A stretch of DNA of 63,704 bases, counting the filler, from Octopus bimaculoides (taxonomy: Eukaryota), in the NCBI RefSeq assembly GCF_001194135.2. It is 11 parts of 11 records of this genome, joined end to end, with 100 filler letters (N's around TTAATTAATTAA, not from the genome) between each part and the next. Parts side by side here need not be neighbours in the genome. Positions count along the whole stretch, not along the records: positions 1 to 8,003 come from NC_068991.1; positions 8,104 to 11,026 come from NC_068987.1; positions 11,127 to 13,892 come from NW_026393099.1; 8 more parts are not named here. One strand, 5' to 3'. This document shows, in pieces, positions 1 through 12,673 of this stretch (the stretch's first letter is position 1; each line of letters opens with the position of its first letter). The notes beneath the pieces are model-generated. The model worked only from the letters and a program-made list of their open reading frames with translations, did no database searches and was not told the origin of the DNA. The translations under genes were made by a program, and so were the position numbers.

Positions 1-60
1 TATATATATATATATATATGCGTGTGTGCGCGCGAGCGAAAAAATATAAATATAAACATT

Positions 61-104
<44 letters not shown>

Positions 105-195
105 CATACATATTTATATCTATATACGTTTACACATATGTAAAACGCGAACACACACACATACACACACACACACATATGTATATATATATATA
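1..195. repeat. Compound (TA)n/(CA)n/(TG)n microsatellite (representative of dozens in the window)
   Basis: Direct reading. Most unlinked N-gaps in the window are bordered by such repeats. Confidence 0.95.
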
Positions 196-258
196 TAATT
201 TTTTAGTGGGAACGGTGGATCTCGAATCAGATAAATCTATAATTAATCCTTTCAAGGT

Positions 259-367
259 CTGGTACTTAATTTATCGACTCCGTAAAGGTGCAAGGCAAAG
301 TCGACATCAGCGGAATTTGAGCTCAGAACGTGCAGACGGATGCAATGCCGCCGAGCATTCTCCCGGC
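259..367 (-). mobile_element. 5'-truncated copy of the tRNA-derived SINE seen full length at 49852-50090
   Basis: The reverse complement reads ...GTTCTGAGCTCAAATTCCGCTGATGTCGACTTTGCCTTGCACCTTTACGGAGTCGATAAATTAAGTACCAG, colinear with 49917-49990. Confidence 0.8.
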
Positions 368-811
368 AGTCCTAGATAAAACAATGAATAATAGTCCTAG
401 ATAAAACAATGAATAATAGTGTGTATATAATTGGGTAGAAAAAAGTCGATATTTGCCTGTTTAAAAACTACGATAACTATTATTGATAGCTTCATGCGCT
501 TCGAGATCCATTGTTCCCAAAAAAGATTTATTTCATATCTCGAAGTTTCTAAATTCTTATATATACATACATACATGCATGCATGCATACATACATACAT
601 ACATACATACAAACATACATATATGTATGTATGTATATATCTAGATATGTCAATACATAAACAATATAAAAAATTAAATAAGTTTTCAGTTTAACTTAGG
701 TATTCTTCAAACTATATCAAATTTAGAATCTTACGTATGGAATCAGTTGGTGAGGATAATTGTAGAGCGGGGCTTTTCGTTTCTTTCTAACTTGAAAAAT
801 TATATGGAGTG

Positions 812-865
<54 letters not shown>

Positions 866-3180
866 ATGTCAGATATATATATATATATACACANNNNNNN
901 NNNNNNNNNNNNNNNNNNNNNNNNNNNNNNNNNNNNNNNNNNNNNNNNNNNNNNNNNNNNNNNNNNNNNNNNNNNNNNNNNNNNNNNNNNNNNNNNNNNN
1001 NNNNNNNNNNNNNNNNNNNNNNNNNNNNNNNNNNNNNNNNNNNNNNNNNNNNNNNNNNNNNNNNNNNNNNNNNNNNNNNNNNNNNNNNNNNNNNNNNNNN
1101 NNNNNNNNNNNNNNNNNNNNNNNNNNNNNNNNNNNNNNNNNNNNNNNNNNNNNNNNNNNNNNNNNNNNNNNNNNNNNNNNNNNNNNNNNNNNNNNNNNNN
1201 NNNNNNNNNNNNNNNNNNNNNNNNNNNNNNNNNNNNNNNNNNNNNNNNNNNNNNNNNNNNNNNNNNNNNNNNNNNNNNNNNNNNNNNNNNNNNNNNNNNN
1301 NNNNNNNNNNNNNNNNNNNNNNNNNNNNNNNNNNNNNNNNNNNNNNNNNNNNNNNNNNNNNNNNNNNNNNNNNNNNNNNNNNNNNNNNNNNNNNNNNNNN
1401 NNNNNNNNNNNNNNNNNNNNNNNNNNNNNNNNNNNNNNNNNNNNNNNNNNNNNNNNNNNNNNNNNNNNNNNNNNNNNNNNNNNNNNNNNNNNNNNNNNNN
1501 NNNNNNNNNNNNNNNNNNNNNNNNNNNNNNNNNNNNNNNNNNNNNNNNNNNNNNNNNNNNNNNNNNNNNNNNNNNNNNNNNNNNNNNNNNNNNNNNNNNN
1601 NNNNNNNNNNNNNNNNNNNNNNNNNNNNNNNNNNNNNNNNNNNNNNNNNNTATATATATATATATATGTAATACAAAAAAAACTATCTATCTAATTTTTC
1701 ACAAACACTTTGATTCGGCCATGCAACATAAACTTTCACAGGTTCCTTTGAGGATCCTTGCTGGTGGGGTTCATGAAACATCAAAGACACAGCCACATTA
1801 GATACATTCCAGTTCCAGCAACACATTTTCCAAGATAAAATATTTCTGTACATATGAGTAGCCCAACTTATTGGAACCTAGATGATAAATTTTTTCAGAC
1901 AATTTGAGAAAGAAAATGTGCTTTGCCTTTGCCATCGAATATAAGTATTCATGTGATATCAATAAATGGTTTTGTCTCAAATCCTATTAGCGTATCGTTT
2001 TCTCATTGATGTAAATGCATAGGGATCCGACGAAAATCTGCCATGCAGTTTGAGTTCTGAAGGGTATAAATAAGTAACCCTAACTCTAATCCTAACTCAA
2101 CTTTGCAGATTTGATAGATAGATAAATAAATAAATATATATATGTGTGTGTGCGTGTGTGTCGTGTGTGTGTTTGTTTATGTGTGTGTGTATATGCGCGT
2201 GTACATGCGTGTATACGACTTTTGCTCCTATATGTTTTCATCTATCTATCTATCTATATATCTATCTATCTATCTATCTATCTACCTATCCATTTATATA
2301 TATATTTTTTCATTTGTATAAATGTGTGTGTTTATATATGCCAGACATCTTGTAAGTATCTAAGTATATATATANNNNNNNNNNNNNNNNNNNNNNNNNN
2401 NNNNNNNNNNNNNNNNNNNNNNNNNNNNNNNNNNNNNNNNNNNNNNNNNNNNNNNNNNNNNNNNNNNNNNNNNNNNNNNNNNNNNNNNNNNNNNNNNNNN
2501 NNNNNNNNNNNNNNNNNNNNNNNNNNNNNNNNNNNNNNNNNNNNNNNNNNNNNNNNNNNNNNNNNNNNNNNNNNNNNNNNNNNNNNNNNNNNNNNNNNNN
2601 NNNNNNNNNNNNNNNNNNNNNNNNNNNNNNNNNNNNNNNNNNNNNNNNNNNNNNNNNNNNNNNNNNNNNNNNNNNNNNNNNNNNNNNNNNNNNNNNNNNN
2701 NNNNNNNNNNNNNNNNNNNNNNNNNNNNNNNNNNNNNNNNNNNNNNNNNNNNNNNNNNNNNNNNNNNNNNNNNNNNNNNNNNNNNNNNNNNNNNNNNNNN
2801 NNNNNNNNNNNNNNNNNNNNNNNNNNNNNNNNNNNNNNNNNNNNNNNNNNNNNNNNNNNNNNNNNNNNNNNNNNNNNNNNNNNNNNNNNNNNNNNNNNNN
2901 NNNNNNNNNNNNNNNNNNNNNNNNNNNNNNNNNNNNNNNNNNNNNNNNNNNNNNNNNNNNNNNNNNNNNNNNNNNNNNNNNNNNNNNNNNNNNNNNNNNN
3001 NNNNNNNNNNNNNNNNNNNNNNNNNNNNNNNNNNNNNNNNNNNNNNNNNNNNNNNNNNNNNNNNNNNNNNNNNNNNNNNNNNNNNNNNNNNNNNNNNNNN
3101 NNNNNNNNNNNNNNNNNNNNNNNNNNNNATATATATATAATCTATGTATTTTTTTTTTGAATAGTACAGAAGAGATGATT

Positions 3181-3358
3181 CTTGTCCGGTACTGCATCGA
3201 TCCCAAAATCTAATCAGTTCGTACCAGTCACGAGATTAAACTTCCCTGAAAGTTTCATCCGAATCCATCCACCGGTTCTTGAGACATCTTGTCCACGGAG
3301 AAACAAACAAACAAGCACGACTGAATACAATGCCTCCACCTTCACTAAGGCGGAGATA
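3181..3358. mobile_element. Probable terminus of a non-autonomous DNA element
   Basis: Non-coding segment ending in an imperfect hairpin, TGCCTCCACCTTCACTAAGGCGGAGATAA. Family assignment is from recall only. Confidence 0.35.
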
Positions 3359-3365
3359 ATAAATA

Positions 3366-3875
3366 CCCTAATGTAGTATCAGGTATTGGTACTCATGGCT
3401 TCTGATCTTAACTGATTGAAAGTTTTATAATATACGTTTTGTTTTAGTGTAAAAAGAAAAAAATGGCTTCAACAAATATTCTGCTCATTACCACAGATTT
3501 GCTTGTCATTTGTTTGACCTCAACGAGTTGAGCATGTCCCTTGATGGCTGACAATATGTGCATCTTGTGCATCTCTGACCACGAGCAGAAGTAGAGTGAT
3601 GGGGGGGCATCATAGCCAAGTGTTGAGAGGAATTCTTTGGGGTTTGAATAATTCAATTCTGGAAACATGGGCATTTTGTTCAGCATCCTTAAACGGTCCT
3701 TATTCCGGAACCATGCACTGCTGATCTTCATATGAAATCACCATGTCGTGCACATATTCTTGTCATGTATGTGCCAGGTGTATCCTTATCAGATAGGTAG
3801 TCATGAGGGGTGTATTGGGCTTCGTATAATTTTTACTTCAGTGTCATTTTGACGGTATGTGCTGCTCTCTCACTC
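3366..3875 (+). mobile_element. Non-coding (AAT)n-tailed repeat 'family X', copy 1 (internal ~70-bp deletion)
   Basis: Colinear with 17885-18437. Ends CTCTCTCACTC followed by (GAT)n(AAT)n at 3876-3993. Confidence 0.9.
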
Positions 3876-3879
3876 GATA

Positions 3880-3979
<100 letters not shown>

Positions 3980-5362
3980 TAATAATAACAATAACTTCTA
4001 CTGTAGGCACATGTGCGTGCATGTATATNNNNNNNNNNNNNNNNNNNNNNNNNNNNNNNNNNNNNNNNNNNNNNNNNNNNNNNNNNNNNNNNNNNNNNNN
4101 NNNNNNNNNNNNNNNNNNNNNNNNNNNNNNNNNNNNNNNNNNNNNNNNNNNNNNNNNNNNNNNNNNNNNNNNNNNNNNNNNNNNNNNNNNNNNNNNNNNN
4201 NNNNNNNNNNNNNNNNNNNNNNNNNNNNNNNNNNNNNNNNNNNNNNNNNNNNNNNNNNNNNNNNNNNNNNNNNNNNNNNNNNNNNNNNNNNNNNNNNNNN
4301 NNNNNNNNNNNNNNNNNNNNNNNNNNNNNNNNNNNNNNNNNNNNNNNNNNNNNNNNNNNNNNNNNNNNNNNNNNNNNNNNNNNNNNNNNNNNNNNNNNNN
4401 NNNNNNNNNNNNNNNNNNNNNNNNNNNNNNNNNNNNNNNNNNNNNNNNNNNNNNNNNNNNNNNNNNNNNNNNNNNNNNNNNNNNNNNNNNNNNNNNNNNN
4501 NNNNNNNNNNNNNNNNNNNNNACACACACATATTTATACATACATACATATCTATATATGTATCTCTCTCTCTATATATACAGCGAGAGAGAGAGAGAAA
4601 GATTAAGGGAGAGAGCTCGGAGACGTAAAGAAATTCATAAGATTATTAAAATCTACTACAATTGTTTTGACTCATTTTGCACTTGTATCGCATGTGTGAC
4701 ATACTATGCAATCGACTGTCTTGCATTACAGGGGCAAAATGCATCTCGTCAGGTGACTTTTTAAAGAAGCATTTCACTGTTTCTCCTTACCATTTCGAGC
4801 AGCCTTATAACAAAGTATATATGGGTAGGTTTTGCATTTTAGTAGTTCTCAGAAACACGATAGATCTAGTAAAAAAAAAAGAAAATAATAATAATAATAA
4901 ACTAGACAGATAAGAAACATATAAACAAAAATATCAAACATATATAGGATCAAAAAAAATCGAGCCTATATAGATGAGATATACATTCAATCAAAACAAA
5001 GACAACTCATGTATGTGTGTGTATGCATATATACATGCACGTAATTTAATATACATGTACAGACAAACGATGACACACATATGCTTCTGTGTTTGCGTGT
5101 TTGAGGAGGTGTGAGTGTATAAATATGTTTTTGTTCACTAGCACTAGAAGCTTTCTATATATGCAACTTTCAAATAATGTTCTATTTGATTGTAATAACG
5201 CTGGTGGGTAGACTAGGTCTATCTATATAGAATTAGTATCTATATATCATAATCAATGTCTTTTGCCTCCTTACTCGCCTCGATCTCTACACACGTATAC
5301 ACACACACACACACACACACAAACACACACCCACAAACACACACATATACAAACACAAACAG

Positions 5363-5417
<55 letters not shown>

Positions 5418-6012
5418 CGTATATTTATGTATGTATATATCTATGTAGTCACCTTACATCCGTTTTAATATTTCTCGATGTCTAAATAAACCCAGTTGAA
5501 TTTCTCACGTAATTAAATACCTCTTCATAAATTACATTTGAGATAATATATAAATTATATAATGCATATCACGTTTAATATCTGGCATTATATAATATGC
5601 ACACACCAAAATAGAATCGAATGAGAAATCATGATATGCAAGCTTTTTGTATTAAATATGAACATATTTCAATCCACGTTCTGAAAAACATAGCATGTCA
5701 GAAGGTCATCGATATGCTTATCAATATCTATATATCTAGATCTAAGTTTCTATCTATATATTTATCTATCAATCGATCTATCTATACCTCACTCTATTTA
5801 TCCGTCCGTATGTTTGTCTATTATATACATATTAAATTATCTTATTAATCTATCTACATACATACCGACATATATGCACGTGTATGTATATTTGCATATA
5901 CATATGAATATATACACATGCACACACACACACACACACACACGAACACACATATATGTAAGCATGTCAATATAGCTAATCTATCAGCATGTATTTATAT
6001 ACATATATATGT

Positions 6013-6047
<35 letters not shown>

Positions 6048-6291
6048 TATAAATAATTGCGTGTGAAGAAGTACGTTTGTAGATGTAATATGTGTGTATT
6101 TATATGTTTGTATGTGTGCAATTATGTGCATCAATATATCCTGGTACATTGATAACGATTGGTATCTATGAAATCTACACGTGCTGTTGCAGAACTAATT
6201 CATTCCTTACCGTTCCAAGTAGCGTGTATATATATATATATTTGCATGTTTAATACACGTTTATATATATATATATGCTTATGTTTATATG

Positions 6292-6327
<36 letters not shown>

Positions 6328-7189
6328 NNNNNNNNNNNNNNNNNNNNNNNNNNNNNNNNNNNNNNNNNNNNNNNNNNNNNNNNNNNNNNNNNNNNNNNNN
6401 NNNNNNNNNNNNNNNNNNNNNNNNNNNNNNNNNNNNNNNNNNNNNNNNNNNNNNNNNNNNNNNNNNNNNNNNNNNNNNNNNNNNNNNNNNNNNNNNTAGC
6501 TCGATATGGACAAAATCTTGATATTAAATATGGTTAAGTATATTTATACACGTAACGAAGTGTTTATAAGTGAATATATATTGAAATTGTGCATAAATAA
6601 ACGTAAATAAATCTGAAAATTTACAGCCATTTACATATACACGGTCATATGTACGCATTTGATACAGACATATATATATATATATATATATATACACGTT
6701 TGTATGTATCTATGCGACTGTACATAAATAAATGTACATACATATATTTGTTTATGTGCGTGAGTATGTGCGTGTGTGAGTGTGTGCATGTCTTAATACA
6801 TGCATACATGTATGTGTGTGTGCGCCCGCGTGTATATATATATATAATCAATATATATATATATCATATATATTCATATATATACATAATCATGCACGCA
6901 TACGATATATTACATATATTTATATGCTGATGTATTTGTTTTTAAACATACATGTAAGAATATTAATGCACTCTTCTGTAAAAGTACTTTGTTTATTAGT
7001 TGTATGTCCAACACTACTATCTATTGTATATTAAATATTAAATAACATGGAAGTATATATTACCTCAAACCTAATGACTGATACAGTGATCTGCCAAACC
7101 GTTGTACGGAGCAATGATATTCCAGTTTTGTTCACATATAATTCCTTGTAATATATACTTAAGATGTGTTTTAGATAGTATGAGGTGTG

Positions 7190-7244
<55 letters not shown>

Positions 7245-7292
7245 ATATACACCTACATTCAGATACATTTATATACATACACATACTCTTTA

Positions 7293-7390
7293 ACTCTTTT
7301 ACTTGTTTCAGTCATTCGACTGAAGCTATGCTGGAGCACCGCTTTAGTCGAGCAAATCGACCCCGGGACTTATTCTTTGTAAGCCTAGTA
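7293..7390 (-). mobile_element. 3' half of the bipartite octopus SINE ('family S')
   Basis: Reverse complement of the GAATAAGTCC(T/C)GGGGTCGATTTG...GGTGCTCCAGCATGG...GACTGAAACAAG segment at 44355-44430. Confidence 0.85.
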
Positions 7391-7447
7391 CTTGTAAGCC
7401 TAGTACAAATTGTATACAACTACATTTGACATAGCATCAACCACAAT

Positions 7448-7508
<61 letters not shown>

Positions 7509-7582
7509 AAATAAAATTATATATATATATAACAAATTAGAGAAACAGAAAATAGAATAGAATTCGCGAAATTCTTTATTAA

Positions 7583-7629
7583 TCACAACGATCGTTTCGA
7601 CCCGTCTTGCATCGATCCTTCGTGGGTGA
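7583..7629 (-). ncRNA. Degenerate hammerhead-like relic (family C)
   Basis: Minus strand UCAC-CCACGA-AG-GAUC...GGUC-GAA-ACGAUCGU-U-GUGA. Stem I and a palindromic stem III are present, but the core reads CCACGA rather than CUGANGA. Confidence 0.4.
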
Positions 7630-7962
7630 AATACAACACAGCTGGTTATGTTGCATTCTCAGCGCTGATGTGTCTCGTTAGGTAGCTTGTTAGAAGGTAC
7701 CTCGCTCAATATACTTAGGTTCACTTAGTTCGATCATGCAACATGTTATTATTTGCTTGTAGGTACATGCCTATAGGCTTTGTGGTCTTGAATATATGTA
7801 TATATGAGTTAACAGATAAATAGAGATTAACTTTCGCAAGGGAATCCTTCACAGTGACACTTTAGTTTGGCTTGCATACATTGTTTCTCTTCATTAAACT
7901 GTCTGATGAGAGTGAGAAAGTCGATATTTTGAAGTGGTTGAGAACCTTTTCCCTGTAAGGTT

Positions 7963-8003
<41 letters not shown>

Positions 8004-8103
8004 NNNNNNNNNNNNNNNNNNNNNNNNNNNNNNNNNNNNNNNNNNNNTTAATTAATTAANNNNNNNNNNNNNNNNNNNNNNNNNNNNNNNNNNNNNNNNN
8101 NNN
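8004..8103. other. Artificial scaffold-joining linker (44 N + TTAATTAATTAA + 44 N); one of ten
   Basis: Identical 100-bp linkers at 8004-8103, 11027-11126, 13893-13992, 23930-24029, 26662-26761, 34647-34746, 47628-47727, 54402-54501, 60090-60189 and 62312-62411. TTAATTAATTAA gives stops in all six frames. Confidence 0.97.
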
Positions 8104-8116
8104 AAATTATATATAT

Positions 8117-8147
<31 letters not shown>

Positions 8148-8323
8148 CACACACATACACACACACACACGCACACACATATATTGCTGTTGTTAATCCA
8201 AGCAAGAATTAGAACAAATGGAGTTGGAAATGTACAGGGAATATATTAGAATCAATTATAATTTAATTATATCTAAAAATATACTCATCTGCTAGATTTT
8301 CTATATGTTGTGAGTTGGAGTGA

Positions 8324-8900
8324 ACTAGTGCTATCTCTAGCGGATGAGTATTCACCGTCGAGGATGACCACAAAGAGTTCGAAACCATAGAGTCTGGTAA
8401 TCTCGTGGCTGGAAGGTACAAGGCGTCCAGCCCGCTGCTTGCAATGTATATCAGATGCAGATAGCATAGAATAACCAGCTGGAGCAAGCGTCCTCTTGAG
8501 GTTAAAATAGCAGTACCGTCGATTCCTACGGAACAGCCACACTTAAGTGGTGATAAACATTACTTCTCAGTATAGTTACTGCTTTAATCTCTCATAGAGA
8601 TTTTCTAACTTGCCAATTTGCTTGTTGCAAGATCAGTGACTGTATGTCAGTAGTTTTGTTTTTATAGAGCGAGCTAGAGTTAACTACTGCTAACTATAGC
8701 GGACGAGTATCCACTTCCACGGATGACCGGAAAGAAATCGAAACTGTATGGTCTGGTCGTGTCGGGGCTGGTAGGGAGGAGGGATTCACTCCACTGCATG
8801 CAATGTATATATCGGATGCAGATTGCATCGAATAACCTCCAGGGGTTAAAAATAGCAATAACGTCGGGTCCTACGGAACAGCTATGTTTTAGGTGGTGAA
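8324..8900 (+). repeat. Two diverged tandem direct repeats (~8324-8557 and ~8683-8900)
   Basis: Shared blocks TAGCGGA(T/C)GAGTAT, GGATGACC, TCGAAAC, GTCTGGT, TGCAATGTATAT, GATGCAGAT, GGTTAAAATAGCA and CCTACGGAACAGC occur in the same order in both. Confidence 0.85.
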
Positions 8901-9775
8901 AGGTGATATAATTAAACGTGTTATAGATAATTAATGCTTATTCCTTTGTCGAAGAATGATGTTATCAATTAATGTTAGCTCATTCCCATTGATCATGTTA
9001 AAACATATCCCTTCTATGTTAAATATGTGTGGGGTAAGTAAGATGATGAAGTGTGGAGTAAATAAGACAGATAATAGGTACTACGTGAATTTCGGTTTCC
9101 TGAATAACGAGTTCAATAAACATTCTACAATAATTAATTCATACGAAAAGGAGAAACGTGTATTACTCATATATTTTATATCCTGTTCAGCAGTGGCTTC
9201 CATGTTTTAATAAATCAACTGGAGCATTGTCTGCATATTTATAGAGCAGAATACAAGAAATCTGTGTCTGGATAGAATCCACTAGGTAGAATTTATCTTG
9301 TTTTGGGATTATGTATTTGTTGACGATGAATATTTTAATCTCATTCTTCAAGAAAGTTTAGAATGCCCAATGTAGTCTTTTCTTCGTACATTGCATTTAA
9401 TGGCATATATTAAATTTTTTGTAGAACAAATTAAATGGTTTTATACAGTAAAAACTTGCCCTGATTTAAATTTATAAGTTGTGCCCTCAATAAGCTCCTT
9501 ACAATTTCTGCGATTGGCTCGGTCACACATTTTAACCTTCTGAGTTGAGTCTGTAGTTGGAAGTTACACATTGGCAAATAATTTTCTTTAGGGGCTTTGG
9601 TTGAATTTGATTATTCTCTATGATTCAAGTGCCTTTTTCCTTTTTGAATCTTGGCTTAACAACAGTTCTGATAGATAATAGCTGTATTCTCTATGTTTCT
9701 TGAGTTTTGTGTTGTAATTAAAAATAAAGTATTGGGTGTGTCCGAAATGCTTTTGACTTTTCATCTGTTCTTATA

Positions 9776-10738
9776 CAAGGGAGTACCCAAAAGAAACTGG
9801 AATATTTCAATATTATTTTATTCACTTAACTTTACATTTCTATACTTTTACCGCCTTCAACGTATCCTCCTTTTGAAACAGTGCATCGGACCAGACACGT
9901 TTTCCACTGTTCGAAGTGATGCCTTTTAACGACTTTTCTTTACCTCTTCAACATCTGCAAAACGTTTTCCTTTAAAAAAAGCTGCAGTGTCAAAGATCGG
10001 GTGAACTGGAGTGAGTGGGTAACCGGAGTCATTCCACTTTTGGTCAAGAACTGTCACGCCCTCAAGGTGATATGCTCAGGCGCATCATCCTGATGAAACC
10101 ATCACTCTCCACTTCGCCACTGGTCGGGGAATTTTCGTCTCACTTCATCTCGCAAATGCTTTTAGAACTGCCAAGTAAAATGTCTGGTTAACAGTTTGAA
10201 CAGGAGGAACAAATTCTGTGTGGACTATTCCTTTCGCATGAATGAAACAAAACAGCATCGTCTTGTCATTGGACTCCACTTGACGCACTTCTTGGGACGG
10301 TGGTGACATCGAATCCTTCCATTGATTTCATTGCTGCTTTGTTTCCGTGTCGTAGCCGTAGTACCAGATTTCGTCACCAGTGATGAAAAAAAAAAAAGAA
10401 AAACGGTTTGGATCAACTTCTAAATGTTCTTTTAGTTCACGACACTGCTGTTGATCTTTCGTGAGCGCGAGAGACAAATTTTACTACATCTCTTTTCATT
10501 CACAATGCCTCTCTCAAAATTCGTTGGCAGGAGCTCCAGGACATATCAGTCATATCAACAAATTCATTAATTGTTCGGCGAGGGTCATCCAAGATGAATT
10601 CATATATTTCGTGATGTTTTCATTCGTTCGGGAAGTTGACGGTTGCCTTGAACGAGGCTGGTCTTCAAGTGACAAATGACCATTCCTAATGCGTGAAAAC
10701 CACTCGTAAACTTGTGTTTTTTTTTTGCAACGTCCTTG
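9776..10738 (-). mobile_element. Decayed mariner (DD34D-type) transposon
   Basis: Minus-strand frames give VYEWFSRIRNGHLSLEDQPRS, ITGDEIWYYGYD and HQDDAPEH. TA-flanked imperfect termini CAAGGG...CCTTG. Confidence 0.85.
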
Positions 10739-11126
10739 TATATACAAGGGAGAAGTACTGCAAAACAAAGACACACAACGTGGAAGTACGACACCACCGA
10801 AAGACGCCGGTCGGCAAACTGATTCCTGAGATTCGTATCAAGTGGTTGCTAGCGGTGGAAGCCTGAACTACAATGGGCTTGTCCCACAGAAAACGTTTCG
10901 AGTTACTTTTATATAACCTCCCCACATTTTTTGGTGGCAATAAACATTACTTCTCAGTATAAATACTGCTTTCGTCTCCAATAAAGATTTTCTTAAGCGA
11001 GCTAGTTTGCCATATATATATATATANNNNNNNNNNNNNNNNNNNNNNNNNNNNNNNNNNNNNNNNNNNNTTAATTAATTAANNNNNNNNNNNNNNNNNN
11101 NNNNNNNNNNNNNNNNNNNNNNNNNN

Positions 11127-11376
11127 TCTGGGTTCAGTCCCACTGTGTGACACATTGGGAAAGAATCTTCTGCTACAGCCTCGGGCCGACCAAAACCTTG
11201 TCAGGGGATTTTGTAGACGGAAACTGCTGGTGTGTTTATGTCGCCGTGAAATAGCGGTTCGGCAAAATAGAATAAGTACTAGGCTTACAAAGAATAAGTC
11301 CCGGGGTCGATTTGCTTGATTAAAAAGGTGATGCTCCAGCATGGCCGCAGTCAGATGACTGAAACAAGAAAAAGAG
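11127..11376 (+). mobile_element. Family S SINE (central microsatellite deleted)
   Basis: GGGTTCAGTCCCACTG...CGGGCCGACCAAAACCTTG...GGTGATGCTCCAGCATGGCCGCAGTC matches 44086-44440. Confidence 0.88.
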
Positions 11377-11562
11377 TATATATGAGTGTGTATGTGTGTG
11401 TTTGTGTGTGTATGTGTGTGTGTGTGTGTGTGTTTACGTGTGTCTGTGTGTGAGTGCGTGCGTGTGTGTGTATCCATATATATACATATAAACATTACGT
11501 GAATATATATTTGCACACACGCACGGCCCACAGGTACACAGACACATACACGTACACGCACG

Positions 11563-11624
<62 letters not shown>

Positions 11625-11749
11625 CACACACACAAAGCGCCAACTATTTCAGAAGAAAATTTTAATGTAAGGAAAACAGACAATTTATTGCAAAAATCAA
11701 CATATTTTTATAGAATTTGCGCATGATCTTACATACCCAACGCAAAAGC

Positions 11750-12400
11750 TAATTAACAAATCCGCCATCAGCTTCAATTACTTCCTCGATACAACTTCTA
11801 AAGTGATTAAATACCTTGATCAGTCGATCTTATTCATGTTGGCCATATCGCTCCCAACAGCAGACATCAATGAGTCCTTGCTATTAAGAGCATACTTTCA
11901 GCTGTCCTTCTCACAGACGCCTCAGATGTAGTAGTTCACGAGAGGGGTTAACTCAGAACAGTTAGGAGTTTAAAGGCTTGTGGTAACATGATCGTAACAG
12001 CCGACAAGTCCTGGGTCGTACCGGTTGTGTGAGAGGGAGTTGAGCCTTGCTGGAAAACGGTGGTGCCTCTCACGCGGACTTTTCTCGATCTAAAGCTTGA
12101 AAGTTGTCCCCAATGTCTCGATGTAGGCTACCGTATTTATTCCGGGAAAACAGAATTTCTGGGAAAATGAGTATACACGAGATGATACTTATTGATCACG
12201 ACCTCAAAGACCACCAAAGACGACCACCAAAGACCACAAAAGAATACCTAAAGCGATCAGTAGGCTTGTTGCAGAGTCATCTATTATTCTTTTTGTTCAC
12301 TTTCCGATACTGGGGAAAGTTCTCATCTGTGAAAAACTAGGGAATGTCGAGTTCTTCCAGGTGGTTGAGATGTTCAGTAAGTGCTTCGAGCAGATCGCAT
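11750..12400 (-). mobile_element. Heavily decayed maT/DD37D-like Tc1/mariner transposase relic
   Basis: Minus-strand peptide remnants VFQQGSTPSH, NYYI-GVCE and FRSCIEEVIEADGGF parallel the ORF at 14342-14881. Confidence 0.6.
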
Positions 12401-12546
12401 GGTTTTCCCGGGTTTTATTGGACATGAACTGCTCGCATCTGATAAAATAGGACTTGTACCTCCCACCACATGTCTAGAATCGAGGCAAAAAGCTTGAAAC
12501 ATAGGTATGAAAATTAGAATTTTTCAATCAATTCCCCTAATACATA

Positions 12547-12673
12547 CAAGGTGTCCACAAAGTCTGAGTACATGAGGATTCACATATGCTTTCAAAAATT
12601 GTTATTACTTATATTTAATTGTTTATGCTATGATTTTATTTACTCCATGTACCCAGACCTTGTGGACACCCTG
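12547..12673. mobile_element. 127-bp Tc1/mariner-type MITE
   Basis: 28-bp TIRs at 12547-12574 and 12646-12673 (3 mismatches), with TA on both sides. Confidence 0.88.

Noticed and set aside
368-420. Exact 25-bp tandem duplication (similar ones at ~7376-7405, ~31540-31575 and ~58104-58140)
   Set aside because: Ordinary local slippage or junction duplications with no further structure.
7903-7925. CTGATGA followed by GAGAAAG
   Set aside because: No stem II, stem I or NUH can be formed.
10090-10100. CTGATGAAAC
   Set aside because: Lies in mariner coding sequence (opposite strand, HQD codons); no stems.
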